A stretch of DNA of 64,000 nt from the human T2T-CHM13v2.0 reference genome, Homo sapiens. A program made the position numbers and the translations under genes. The notes beneath the pieces are model-generated. The model saw nothing but the letters and a program-made list of their open reading frames with translations, did not search any database and was not told the DNA's origin. Where the stretch lies: NCBI RefSeq assembly GCF_009914755.1, contig NC_060931.1; one strand, given 5' to 3'. Shown here piece by piece: positions 1 through 13,100 of the stretch (position 1 is its first letter; each line of letters begins with the position of its first letter).

Positions 1-32
1 TTTGCAAGTGGAGATTTCAAGCGATTTGATGC

Positions 33-49
33 CAACAGTAGAAAAGGAA
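33..49 (-). promoter_or_regulatory. A-box / pJalpha-like site of an A-type monomer (position homologous to the CENP-B box)
   Basis: caacagtagaaaaggaa lies exactly 171 bp upstream of the box at 204. The reverse complement TTCCTTTTCTACTGTTG resembles the pJalpha motif but is degenerate; binding cannot be shown from sequence. Confidence 0.4.
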
Positions 50-203
50 ATATCTTCAAATAAAAACTAGACAGAATCATTCTCAGAAACTACTTTGTGA
101 TGTGTGCCTTCAACTCACAGAGTTTAACCTTTCTTTTCTTAGAGCAGTTTAGAAACACTCTGCTTGTTACGTCTGCAAGTGGATATTTGGACCTCTTTGA
201 GGC

Positions 204-220
204 CTTCGTTGCAAACGGGG
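204..220 (+). promoter_or_regulatory. CENP-B box, variant CTTCGTTGCAAACGGGG (monomer 1; recurs in every HOR)
   Basis: Differs from canonical CTTCGTTGGAAACGGGA at 2 positions but keeps all 9 core bases of NTTCGNNNNANNCGGGN. Confidence 0.9.
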
Positions 221-545
221 TTTCTTCCTTTCATGCTAGACTAAGAAGAGTTCTCAGTAACTTTTTTGTGTTGTGTGTATTCAACTCACAGAGTTGAACC
301 TTGCTTTAGAGAGAGCAGATTTGAAACACTCTTGCTGTGGCATTTTCAGGTGGAGATTTCAAGCGATTTGAGGACAATTGCAGAAAAGGAAATATCTTCG
401 TATAATAACCAGACAGAATCATTCTCAGAAAGTGCTTTGTGATGTGTGCGTTCAACTCACAGAGTTTAACCTTTCTTTTCATAGAGGAGTTTGGAAACAC
501 ACTGTTTGTAAAGTCTGCAAGTGGATACATGGACCTGTTTGAGGC

Positions 546-562
546 CTTCGTTGGAAACGGGA
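546..562 (+). promoter_or_regulatory. CENP-B box, canonical (monomer 3; recurs in every HOR)
   Basis: Exact CTTCGTTGGAAACGGGA, 342 bp after the first box. Confidence 0.97.
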
Positions 563-885
563 TTTCTTCATTGAATGCTAGACGGAAGAATTCTCAGTAA
601 ATTCTTTGTGTTGTGTGCATTCAACTCACAGAGTGGAACGTCCCTTTAGACAGAGCAGATTTGAAACACTCTTTTTGCGGAATTTGCAAGTGGAGATTTC
701 TAGCCATTTGATGCCAACAGTAGAAAGGGAAATATCTTCAAATAAAAACCAGACAGAATCATTCTCAGAAAATTCTTTGTGATGTGTGCGTTCAACTCAC
801 ATAGTTTAACCTTTCTTTTCATAGAGCAGTTTGGAAACACTCTGTTTGTAAAGTCTGCAAGTGGATATATGGACCGCATTGAGGC

Positions 886-902
886 CTTCGTTGGAAACGG
901 GA
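886..902 (+). promoter_or_regulatory. CENP-B box, canonical (monomer 5; recurs in almost every HOR)
   Basis: Exact CTTCGTTGGAAACGGGA, 340 bp after the second box and 340 bp before the next HOR's first box (1226). Confidence 0.97.
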
Positions 903-3900
903 TTTCTTCATTTCATGCTAGACAGAAGAATTCTCAGTAACTTCTTTGTGCTGTGTGTATTCAACTCACAGAGTGGAACGTCCCTTTGCACAGAGCAGAT
1001 TTGAAACACTCTTTTTGTGGAGTTTGCAAGTGGAGATTTCAAGCGATTTGATGCCAACAGTAGAAAAGGAAATATCTTCAAATAAAAACTAGACAGAATC
1101 ATTCTCAGAAACTACTTTGTGATGTGTGCCTTCAACTCACAGAGTTTAACCTTTCTTTTCTTAGAGCAGTTTAGAAACACTCTGCTTGTTACGTCTGCAA
1201 GTGGATATTTGGACCTCTTTGAGGCCTTCGTTGCAAACGGGGTTTCTTCCTTTCATGCTAGACTAAGAAGAGTTCTCAGTAACTTTTTTGTGTTGTGTGT
1301 ATTCAACTCACAGAGTTGAACCTTGCTTTAGAGAGAGCAGATTTGAAACACTCTTGCTGTGGCATTTTCAGGTGGAGATTTCAAGCGATTTGAGGACAAT
1401 TGCAGAAAAGGAAATATCTTCGTATAATAACCAGACAGAATCATTCTCAGAAAGTGCTTTGTGATGTGTGCGTTCAACTCACAGAGTTTAACCTTTCTTT
1501 TCATAGAGGAGTTTGGAAACACACTGTTTGTAAAGTCTGCAAGTGGATACATGGACCTGTTTGAGGCCTTCGTTGGAAACGGGATTTCTTCATTGAATGC
1601 TAGACGGAAGAATTCTCAGTAAATTCTTTGGGTTGTGTGCATTCAACTCACAGAGTGGAACGTCCCTTTAGACAGAGCAGATTTGAAACACTCTTTTTGC
1701 GGAATTTGCAAGTGGAGATTTCTAGCCATTTGATGCCAACAGTAGAAAGGGAAATATCTTCAAATAAAAACCAGACAGAATCATTCTCAGAAAATTCTTT
1801 GTGATGTGTGCGTTCAACTCACATAGTTTAACCTTTCTTTTCATAGAGCAGTTTGGAAACACTCTGTTTGTAAAGTCTGCAAGTGGATATATGGAACTCT
1901 TTGAGGCCTTCGTTGGAAACGGGATTTCTTCATTTCATGCTAGACAGAAGAATTCTCAGTAACTTCTTTGTGCTGTGTGTATTCAACTCACAGAGTGGAA
2001 CGTCCCTTTGCACAGAGCAGATTTGAAACACTCTTTTTGTGGAGTTTGCAAGTGGAGATTTCAAGCGATTTGATGCCAACAGTAGAAAAGGAAATATCTT
2101 CAAATAAAAACTAGACAGAATCATTCTCAGAAACTACTTTGTGATGTGTGCCTTCAACTCACAGAGTTTAACCTTTCTTTTCTTAGAGCAGTTTAGAAAC
2201 ACTCTGCTTGTTACGTCTGCAAGTGGATATTTGGACCTCTTTGAGGCCTTCGTTGCAAACGGGGTTTCTTCCTTTCATGCTAGACTAAGAAGAGTTCTCA
2301 GTAACTTTTTTGTGTTGTGTGTATTCAACTCACAGAGTTGAACCTTGCTTTAGAGAGAGCAGATTTGAAACACTCTTGATGTGGAATTTTCAGGTGGAGA
2401 TTTCAAGCGATTTGAGGACAATTGCAGAAAAGGAAATATCTTCGTATAATAACCAGACAGAATCATTCTCAGAAAGTGCTTTGTGATGTGTGCGTTCAAC
2501 TCACAGAGTTTAACCTTTCTTTTCATAGAGGAGTTTGGAAACACACTGTTTGTAAAGTCTGCAAGTGGATACATGGACCTGTTTGAGGCCTTCGTTGGAA
2601 ACGGGATTTCTTCATTGAATGCTAGACGGAAGAATTCTCAGTAAATTCTTTGTGTTGTGTGCATTCAACTCACAGAGTGGAACGTCCCTTTAGACAGAGC
2701 AGATTTGAAACACTCTTTTTGCGGAATTTGCAAGTGGAGATTTCTAGCCATTTGATGCCAACAGTAGAAAGGGAAATATCTTCAAATAAAAACCAGACAG
2801 AATCATTCTCAGAAAATTCTTTGTGATGTGTGCGTTCAACTCACATAGTTTAACCTTTCTTTTCATAGAGCAGTTTGGAAACACTCTGTTTGTAAAGTCT
2901 GCAAGTGGATATATGGACCGCATTGAGGCCTTCGTTGGAAACGGGATTTCTTCATTTCATGCTAGACAGAAGAATTCTCAGTAACTTCTTTGTGCTGTGT
3001 GTATTCAACTCACAGAGTGGAACGTCCCTTTGCAGAGAGCAGATTTGAAACACTCTTTTTGTGGAGTTTGCAAGTGGAGATTTCAAGCGATTTGATGCCA
3101 ACAGTAGAAAAGGAAATATCTTCAAATAAAAACTAGACAGAATCATTCTCAGAAACTACTTTGTGATGTGTGCCTTCAACTCACAGAGTTTACCCTTTCT
3201 TTTCTTAGAGCAGTTTAGAAACACTCTGCTTGTTACGTCTGCAAGTGGATATTTGGACCTCTTTGAGGCCTTCGTTGCAAACGGGGTTTCTTCCTTTCAT
3301 GCTAGACTAAGAAGAGTTCTCAGTAACTTTTTTGTGTTGTGTGTATTCAACTCACAGAGTTGAACCTTGCTTTAGAGAGAGCAGATTTGAAACACTCTTG
3401 CTGTGGCATTTTCAGGTGGAGATTTCAAGCGATTTGAGGACAATTGCAGAAAAGGAAATATCTTCGTATAATAACCAGACAGAATCATTCTCAGAAAGTG
3501 CTTTGTGATGTGTGCGTTCAACTCACAGAGTTTAACCTTTCTTTTCATAGAGGAGTTTGGAAACACACTGTTTGTAAAGTCTGCAAGTGGATATATGGAC
3601 CTGTTTGAGGCCTTCGTTGGAAACGGGATTTCTTCATTGAATGCTAGACGGAAGAATTCTCAGTAAATTCTTTGTGTTGTGTGCATTCAACTCACAGAGT
3701 GGAACGTCCCTTTAGACAGAGCAGATTTGAAACACTCTTTTTGCGGAATTTGCAAGTGGAGATTTCTAGCCATTTGATGCCAACAGTAGAAAGGGAAATA
3801 TCTTCAAATAAAAACCAGACAGAATCATTCTCAGAAAATTCTTTGTGATGTGTGCGTTCAACTCACATAGTTTAACCTTTCTTTTCATAGAGCAGTTTGG

Positions 3901-6900
3901 AAACACTCTGTTTGTAAAGTCTGCAAGTGGATATATGGACCGCATTGAGGCCTTCGTTGGAAACGGGATTTCTTCATTTCATGCTAGACAGAAGAATTCT
4001 CAGTAACTTCTTTGTGCTGTGTGTATTCAACTCACAGAGTGGAACGTCCCTTTGCACAGAGCAGATTTGAAACACTCTTTTTGTGGAGTTTGCAAGTGGA
4101 GATTTCAAGCGATTTGATGCCAACAGTAGAAAAGGAAATATCTTCAAATAAAAACTAGACAGAATCATTCTCAGAAACTACTTTGTGATGTGTGCCTTCA
4201 ACTCACAGAGTTTAACCTTTCTTTTCTTAGAGCAGTTTAGAAACACTCTGCTTGTTACGTCTGCAAGTGGATATTTGGACCTCTTTGAGGCCTTCGTTGC
4301 AAACGGGGTTTCTTCCTTTCATGCTAGACTAAGAAGAGTTCTCAGTAACTTTTTTGTGTTGTGTGTATTCAACTCACAGAGTTGAACCTTGCTTTAGAGA
4401 GAGCAGATTTGAAACACTCTTGCTGTGGCATTTTCAGGTGGAGATTTCAAGCGATTTGAGGACAATTGCAGAAAAGGAAATATCTTCGTATAATAACCAG
4501 ACAGAATCATTCTCAGAAAGTGCTTTGTGATGTGTGCGTTCAACTCACAGAGTTTAACCTTTCTTTTCATAGAGGAGTTTGGAAACACACTGTTTGTAAA
4601 GTCTGCAAGTGGATATATGGACCTGTTTGAGGCCTTCGTTGGAAACGGGATTTCTTCATTGAATGCTAGACGGAAGAATTCTCAGTAAATTCTTTGTGTT
4701 GTGTGCATTCAACTCACAGAGTGGAACGTCCCTTTAGACAGAGCAGATTTGAAACACTCTTTTTGCGGAATTTGCAAGTGGAGATTTCTAGCCATTTGAT
4801 GCCAACAGTAGAAAGGGAAATATCTTCAAATAAAAACCAGACAGAATCATTCTCAGAAAATTCTTTGTGATGTGTGCGTTCAACTCACATAGTTTAACCT
4901 TTCTTTTCATAGAGCAGTTTGGAAACACTCTGTTTGTAAAGTCTGCAAGTGGATATATGGACCGCATTGAGGCCTTCGTTGGAAACGGGATTTCTTCATT
5001 TCATGCTAGACAGAAGAATTCTCAGTAACTTCTTTGTGCTGTGTGTATTCAACTCACAGAGTGGAACGTCCCTTTGCACAGAGCAGATTTGAAACACTCT
5101 TTTTGTGGAGTTTGCAAGTGGAGATTTCAAGCGATTTGATGCCAACAGTAGAAAAGGAAATATCTTCAAATAAAAACTAGACAGAATCATTCTCAGAAAC
5201 TACTTTGTGATGTGTGCCTTCAACTCACAGAGTTTAACCTTTCTTTTCTTAGAGCAGTTTAGAAACACTCTGCTTGTTACGTCTGCAAGTGGATATTTGG
5301 ACCTCTTTGAGGCCTTCGTTGCAAACGGGGTTTCTTCCTTTCATGCTAGACTAAGAAGAGTTCTCAGTAACTTTTTTGTGTTGTGTGTATTCAACTCACA
5401 GAGTTGAACCTTGCTTTAGAGAGAGCAGATTTGAAACACTCTTGCTGTGGCATTTTCAGGTGGAGATTTCAAGCGATTTGAGGACAATTGCAGAAAAGGA
5501 AATATCTTCGTATAATAACCAGACAGAATCATTCTCAGAAAGTGCTTTGTGATGTGTGCGTTCAACTCACAGAGTTTAACCTTTCTTTTCATAGAGGAGT
5601 TTGGAAACACACTGTTTGTAAAGTCTGCAAGTGGATACATGGACCTGTTTGAGGCCTTCGTTGGAAACGGGATTTCTTCATTGAATGCTAGACGGAAGAA
5701 TTCTCAGTAAATTCTTTGTGTTGTGTGCATTCAACTCACAGAGTGGAACGTCCCTTTAGACAGAGCAGATTTGAAACACTCTTTTTGCGGAATTTGCAAG
5801 TGGAGATTTCTAGCCATTTGATGCCAACAGTAGAAAGGGAAATATCTTCAAATAAAAACCAGACAGAATCATTCTCAGAAAATTCTTTGTGATGTGTGCG
5901 TTCAACTCACATAGTTTAACCTTTCTTTTCATAGAGCAGTTTGGAAACACTCTGTTTGTAAAGTCTGCAAGTGGATATATGGACCGCATTGAGGCCTTCG
6001 TTGGAAACGGGATTTCTTCATTTCATGCTAGACAGAAGAATTCTCAGTAACTTCTTTGTGCTGTGTGTATTCAACTCACAGAGTGGAACGTCCCTTTGCA
6101 CAGAGCAGATTTGAAACACTCTTTTTGTGGAGTTTGCAAGTGGAGATTTCAAGCGATTTGATGCCAACAGTAGAAAAGGAAATATCTTCAAATAAAAACT
6201 AGACAGAATCATTCTCAGAAACTACTTTGTGATGTGTGCCTTCAACTCACAGAGTTTAACCTTTCTTTTCTTAGAGCAGTTTAGAAACACTCTGCTTGTT
6301 ACGTCTGCAAGTGGATATTTGGACCTCTTTGAGGCCTTCGTTGCAAACGGGGTTTCTTCCTTTCATGCTAGACTAAGAAGAGTTCTCAGTAACTTTTTTG
6401 TGTTGTGTGTATTCAACTCACAGAGTTGAACCTTGCTTTAGAGAGAGCAGATTTGAAACACTCTTGCTGTGGCATTTTCAGGTGGAGATTTCAAGCGATT
6501 TGAGGACAATTGCAGAAAAGGAAATATCTTCGTATAATAACCAGACAGAATCATTCTCAGAAAGTGCTTTGTGATGTGTGCGTTCAACTCACAGAGTTTA
6601 ACCTTTCTTTTCATAGAGGAGTTTGGAAACACACTGTTTGTAAAGTCTGCAAGTGGATACATGGACCTGTTTGAGGCCTTCGTTGGAAACGGGATTTCTT
6701 CATTGAATGCTAGACGGAAGAATTCTCAGTAAATTCTTTGTGTTGTGTGCATTCAACTCACAGAGTGGAACGTCCCTTTAGACAGAGCAGATTTGAAACA
6801 CTCTTTTTGCGGAATTTGCAAGTGGAGATTTCTAGCCATTTGATGCCAACAGTAGAAAGGGAAATATCTTCAAATAAAAACCAGACAGAATCATTCTCAG

Positions 6901-9900
6901 AAAATTCTTTGTGATGTGTGCGTTCAACTCACATAGTTTAACCTTTCTTTTCATAGAGCAGTTTGGAAACACTCTGTTTGTAAAGTCTGCAAGTGGATAT
7001 ATGGACCGCATTGAGGCCTTCGTTGGAAACGGGATTTCTTCATTTCATGCTAGACAGAAGAATTCTCAGTAACTTCTTTGTGCTGTGTGTATTCAACTCA
7101 CAGAGTGGAACGTCCCTTTGCACAGAGCAGATTTGAAACACTCTTTTTGTGGAGTTTGCAAGTGGAGATTTCAAGCGATTTGATGCCAACAGTAGAAAAG
7201 GAAATATCTTCAAATAAAAACTAGACAGAATCATTCTCAGAAACTACTTTGTGATGTGTGCCTTCAACTCACAGAGTTTAACCTTTCTTTTCTTAGAGCA
7301 GTTTAGAAACACTCTGCTTGTTACGTCTGCAAGTGGATATTTGGACCTCTTTGAGGCCTTCGTTGCAAACGGGGTTTCTTCCTTTCATGCTAGACTAAGA
7401 AGAGTTCTCAGTAACTTTTTTGTGTTGTGTGTATTCAACTCACAGAGTTGAACCTTGCTTTAGAGAGAGCAGATTTGAAACACTCTTGCTGTGGCATTTT
7501 CAGGTGGAGATTTCAAGCGATTTGAGGACAATTGCAGAAAAGGAAATATCTTCGTATAATAACCAGACAGAATCATTCTCAGAAAGTGCTTTGTGATGTG
7601 TGCGTTCAACTCACAGAGTTTAACCTTTCTTTTCATAGAGGAGTTTGGAAACACACTGTTTGTAAAGTCTGCAAGTGGATACATGGACCTGTTTGAGGCC
7701 TTCGTTGGAAACGGGATTTCTTCATTGAATGCTAGACGGAAGAATTCTCAGTAAATTCTTTGTGTTGTGTGCATTCAACTCACAGAGTGGAACGTCCCTT
7801 TAGACAGAGCAGATTTGAAACACTCTTTTTGCGGAATTTGCAAGTGGAGATTTCTAGCCATTTGATGCCAACAGTAGAAAGGGAAATATCTTCAAATAAA
7901 AACCAGACAGAATCATTCTCAGAAAATTCTTTGTGATGTGTGCGTTCAACTCACATAGTTTAACCTTTCTTTTCATAGAGCAGTTTGGAAACACTCTGTT
8001 TGTAAAGTCTGCAAGTGGATATATGGAACTCTTTGAGGCCTTCGTTGGAAACGGGATTTCTTCATTTCATGCTAGACAGAAGAATTCTCAGTAACTTCTT
8101 TGTGCTGTGTGTATTCAACTCACAGAGTGGAACGTCCCTTTGCACAGAGCAGATTTGAAACACTCTTTTTGTGGAGTTTGCAAGTGGAGATTTCAAGCGA
8201 TTTGATGCCAACAGTAGAAAAGGAAATATCTTCAAATAAAAACTAGACAGAATCATTCTCAGAAACTACTTTGTGATGTGTGCCTTCAACTCACAGAGTT
8301 TAACCTTTCTTTTCTTAGAGCAGTTTAGAAACACTCTGCTTGTTACGTCTGCAAGTGGATATTTGGACCTCTTTGAGGCCTTCGTTGCAAACGGGGTTTC
8401 TTCCTTTCATGCTAGACTAAGAAGAGTTCTCAGTAACTTTTTTGTGTTGTGTGTATTCAACTCACAGAGTTGAACCTTGCTTTAGAGAGAGCAGATTTGA
8501 AACACTCTCGCTGTGGAATTTTCAGGTGGAGATTTCAAGCGATTTGAGGACAATTGCAGAAAAGGAAATATCTTCGTATAATAACCAGACAGAATCATTC
8601 TCAGAAAGTGCTTTGTGATGTGTGCGTTCAACTCACAGAGTTTAACCTTTCTTTTCATAGAGGAGTTTGGAAACACACTGTTTGTAAAGTCTGCAAGTGG
8701 ATACATGGACCTGTTTGAGGCCTTCGTTGGAAACGGGATTTCTTCATTGAATGCTAGACGGAAGAATTCTCAGTAAATTCTTTGTGTTGTGTGCATTCAA
8801 CTCACAGAGTGGAACGTCCCTTTAGACAGAGCAGATTTGAAACACTCTTTTTGCGGAATTTGCAAGTGGAGATTTCTAGCCATTTGATGCCAACAGTAGA
8901 AAGGGAAATATCTTCAAATAAAAACCAGACAGAATCATTCTCAGAAAATTCTTTGTGATGTGTGCGTTCAACTCACATAGTTTAACCTTTCTTTTCATAG
9001 AGCAGTTTGGAAACACTCTGTTTGTAAAGTCTGCAAGTGGATATATGGACCGCATTGAGGCCTTCGTTGGAAACGGGATTTCTTCATTTCATGCTAGACA
9101 GAAGAATTCTCAGTAACTTCTTTGTGCTGTGTGTATTCAACTCACAGAGTGGAACGTCCCTTTGCACAGAGCAGATTTGAAACACTCTTTTTGTGGAGTT
9201 TGCAAGTGGAGATTTCAAGCGATTTGATGCCAACAGTAGAAAAGGAAATATCTTCAAATAAAAACTAGACAGAATCATTCTCAGAAACTACTTTGTGATG
9301 TGTGCCTTCAACTCACAGAGTTTAACCTTTCTTTTCTTAGAGCAGTTTAGAAACACTCTGCTTGTTACGTCTGCAAGTGGATATTTGGACCTCTTTGAGG
9401 CCTTCGTTGCAAACGGGGTTTCTTCCTTTCATGCTAGACTAAGAAGAGTTCTCAGTAACTTTTTTGTGTTGTGTGTATTCAACTCACAGAGTTGAACCTT
9501 GCTTTAGAGAGAGCAGATTTGAAACACTCTTGCTGTGGCATTTTCAGGTGGAGATTTCAAGCGATTTGAGGACAATTGCAGAAAAGGAAATATCTTCGTA
9601 TAATAACCAGACAGAATCATTCTCAGAAAGTGCTTTGTGATGTGTGCGTTCAACTCACAGAGTTTAACCTTTCTTTTCATAGAGGAGTTTGGAAACACAC
9701 TGTTTGTAAAGTCTGCAAGTGGATACATGGACCTGTTTGAGGCCTTCGTTGGAAACGGGATTTCTTCATTGAATGCTAGACGGAAGAATTCTCAGTAAAT
9801 TCTTTGTGTTGTGTGCATTCAACTCACAGAGTGGAACGTCCCTTTAGACAGAGCAGATTTGAAACACTCTTTTTGCGGAATTTGCAAGTGGAGATTTCTA

Positions 9901-10083
9901 GCCATTTGATGCCAACAGTAGAAAGGGAAATATCTTCAAATAAAAACCAGACAGAATCATTCTCAGAAAATTCTTTGTGATGTGTGCGTTCAACTCACAT
10001 AGTTTAACCTTTCTTTTCATAGAGCAGTTTGGAAACACTCTGTTTGTAAAGTCTGCAAGTGGATATATGGACCGCATTGAGGC

Positions 10084-10100
10084 CTTCATTGGAAACGGGA
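10084..10100 (+). promoter_or_regulatory. Disrupted CENP-B box (CTTCATTGGAAACGGGA)
   Basis: G>A at 10088 destroys the core TTCG. Confidence 0.92.
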
Positions 10101-13100
10101 TTTCTTCATTTCATGCTAGACAGAAGAATTCTCAGTAACTTCTTTGTGCTGTGTGTATTCAACTCACAGAGTGGAACGTCCCTTTACACAGAGCAGATTT
10201 GAAACACTCTTTTTGTGGAGTTTGCAAGTGGAGATTTCAAGCGATTTGATGCCAACAGTAGAAAAGGAAATATCTTCAAATAAAAACTAGACAGAATCAT
10301 TCTCAGAAACTACTTTGTGATGTGTGCCTTCAACTCACAGAGTTTAACCTTTCTTTTCTTAGAGCAGTTTAGAAACACTCTGCTTGTTACGTCTGCAAGT
10401 GGATATTTGGACCTCTTTGAGGCCTTCGTTGCAAACGGGGTTTCTTCCTTTCATGCTAGACTAAGAAGAGTTCTCAGTAACTTTTTTGTGTTGTGTGTAT
10501 TCAACTCACAGAGTTGAACCTTGCTTTAGAGAGAGCAGATTTGAAACACTCTCGCTGTGGCATTTTCAGGTGGAGATTTCAAGCGATTTGAGGACAATTG
10601 CAGAAAAGGAAATATCTTCGTATAATAACCAGACAGAATCATTCTCAGAAAGTGCTTTGTGATGTGTGCGTTCAACTCACAGAGTTTAACCTTTCTTTTC
10701 ATAGAGGAGTTTGGAAACACACTGTTTGTAAAGTCTGCAAGTGGATACATGGACCTGTTTGAGGCCTTCGTTGGAAACGGGATTTCTTCATTGAATGCTA
10801 GACGGAAGAATTCTCAGTAAATTCTTTGTGTTGTGTGCATTCAACTCACAGAGTGGAACGTCCCTTTAGACAGAGCAGATTTGAAACACTCTTTTTGCGG
10901 AATTTGCAAGTGGAGATTTCTAGCCATTTGATGCCAACAGTAGAAAGGGAAATATCTTCAAATAAAAACCAGACAGAATCATTCTCAGAAAATTCTTTGT
11001 GATGTGTGCGTTCAACTCACATAGTTTAACCTTTCTTTTCATAGAGCAGTTTGGAAACACTCTGTTTGTAAAGTCTGCAAGTGGATATATGGACCGCATT
11101 GAGGCCTTCGTTGGAAACGGGATTTCTTCATTTCATGCTAGACAGAAGAATTCTCAGTAACTTCTTTGTGCTGTGTGTATTCAACTCACAGAGTGGAACG
11201 TCCCTTTGCACAGAGCAGATTTGAAACACTCTTTTTGTGGAGTTTGCAAGTGGAGATTTCAAGCGATTTGATGCCAACAGTAGAAAAGGAAATATCTTCA
11301 AATAAAAACTAGACAGAATCATTCTCAGAAACTACTTTGTGATGTGTGCCTTCAACTCACAGAGTTTAACCTTTCTTTTCTTAGAGCAGTTTAGAAACAC
11401 TCTGCTTGTTACGTCTGCAAGTGGATATTTGGACCTCTTTGAGGCCTTCGTTGCAAACGGGGTTTCTTCCTTTCATGCTAGACTAAGAAGAGTTCTCAGT
11501 AACTTTTTTGTGTTGTGTGTATTCAACTCACAGAGTTGAACCTTGCTTTAGAGAGAGCAGATTTGAAACACTCTCGCTGTGGAATTTTCAGGTGGAGATT
11601 TCAAGCGATTTGAGGACAATTGCAGAAAAGGAAATATCTTCGTATAATAACCAGACAGAATCATTCTCAGAAAGTGCTTTGTGATGTGTGCGTTCAACTC
11701 ACAGAGTTTAACCTTTCTTTTCATAGAGGAGTTTGGAAACACACTGTTTGTAAAGTCTGCAAGTGGATATATGGACCTGTTTGAGGCCTTCGTTGGAAAC
11801 GGGATTTCTTCATTGAATGCTAGACGGAAGAATTCTCAGTAAATTCTTTGTGTTGTGTGCATTCAACTCACAGAGTGGAACGTCCCTTTAGACAGAGCAG
11901 ATTTGAAACACTCTTTTTGCGGAATTTGCAAGTGGAGATTTCTAGCCATTTGATGCCAACAGTAGAAAGGGAAATATCTTCAAATAAAAACCAGACAGAA
12001 TCATTCTCAGAAAATTCTTTGTGATGTGTGCGTTCAACTCACATAGTTTAACCTTTCTTTTCATAGAGCAGTTTGGAAACACTCTGTTTGTAAAGTCTGC
12101 AAGTGGATATATGGACCGCATTGAGGCCTTCGTTGGAAACGGGATTTCTTCATTTCATGCTAGACAGAAGAATTCTCAGTAACTTCTTTGTGCTGTGTGT
12201 ATTCAACTCACAGAGTGGAACGTCCCTTTGCACAGAGCAGATTTGAAACACTCTTTTTGTGGAGTTTGCAAGTGGAGATTTCAAGCGATTTGATGCCAAC
12301 AGTAGAAAAGGAAATATCTTCAAATAAAAACTAGACAGAATCATTCTCAGAAACTACTTTGTGATGTGTGCCTTCAACTCACAGAGTTTAACCTTTCTTT
12401 TCTTAGAGCAGTTTAGAAACACTCTGCTTGTTACGTCTGCAAGTGGATATTTGGACCTCTTTGAGGCCTTCGTTGCAAACGGGGTTTCTTCCTTTCATGC
12501 TAGACTAAGAAGAGTTCTCAGTAACTTTTTTGTGTTGTGTGTATTCAACTCACAGAGTTGAACCTTGCTTTAGAGAGAGCAGATTTGAAACACTCTTGCT
12601 GTGGCATTTTCAGGTGGAGATTTCAAGCGATTTGAGGACAATTGCAGAAAAGGAAATATCTTCGTATAATAACCAGACAGAATCATTCTCAGAAAGTGCT
12701 TTGTGATGTGTGCGTTCAACTCACAGAGTTTAACCTTTCTTTTCATAGAGGAGTTTGGAAACACACTGTTTGTAAAGTCTGCAAGTGGATACATGGACCT
12801 GTTTGAGGCCTTCGTTGGAAACGGGATTTCTTCATTGAATGCTAGACGGAAGAATTCTCAGTAAATTCTTTGTGTTGTGTGCATTCAACTCACAGAGTGG
12901 AACGTCCCTTTAGACAGAGCAGATTTGAAACACTCTTTTTGCGGAATTTGCAAGTGGAGATTTCTAGCCATTTGATGCCAACAGTAGAAAGGGAAATATC
13001 TTCAAATAAAAACCAGACAGAATCATTCTCAGAAAATTCTTTGTGATGTGTGCGTTCAACTCACATAGTTTAACCTTTCTTTTCATAGAGCAGTTTGGAA

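Larger units (their letters stand above)
78..1099 (+). repeat. D7Z1: Representative canonical 6-mer HOR unit; SF1 dimeric type, probably human chr7 D7Z1 (S1C7H1L)
   Basis: ttctcag anchors at 80, 251, 422, 591, 762, 931 and 1102 give monomers of 171, 171, 169, 171, 169 and 171 bp (sum 1022). CENP-B boxes lie in alternate monomers. EcoRI GAATTC at 588 and 928 (third site mutated to GAGTTC) predicts 340 + 682 bp fragments, matching the known ~340/680-bp EcoRI pattern of D7Z1. The chromosome assignment needs alignment to confirm. Confidence 0.8.

Noticed and set aside
204-220. Monomer-1 box CTTCGTTGCAAACGGGG as a defective CENP-B box
   Set aside because: Both differences fall at non-core positions, all nine essential bases are intact, and it is the fixed state in all HORs.
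78-1099. Assignment to other SF1 arrays such as the chr1/5/19 shared array
   Set aside because: The 342/340/340 dimer spacing, the clearly diverged first dimer and the 340+682 EcoRI pattern fit D7Z1 better. Not formally excluded without alignment.
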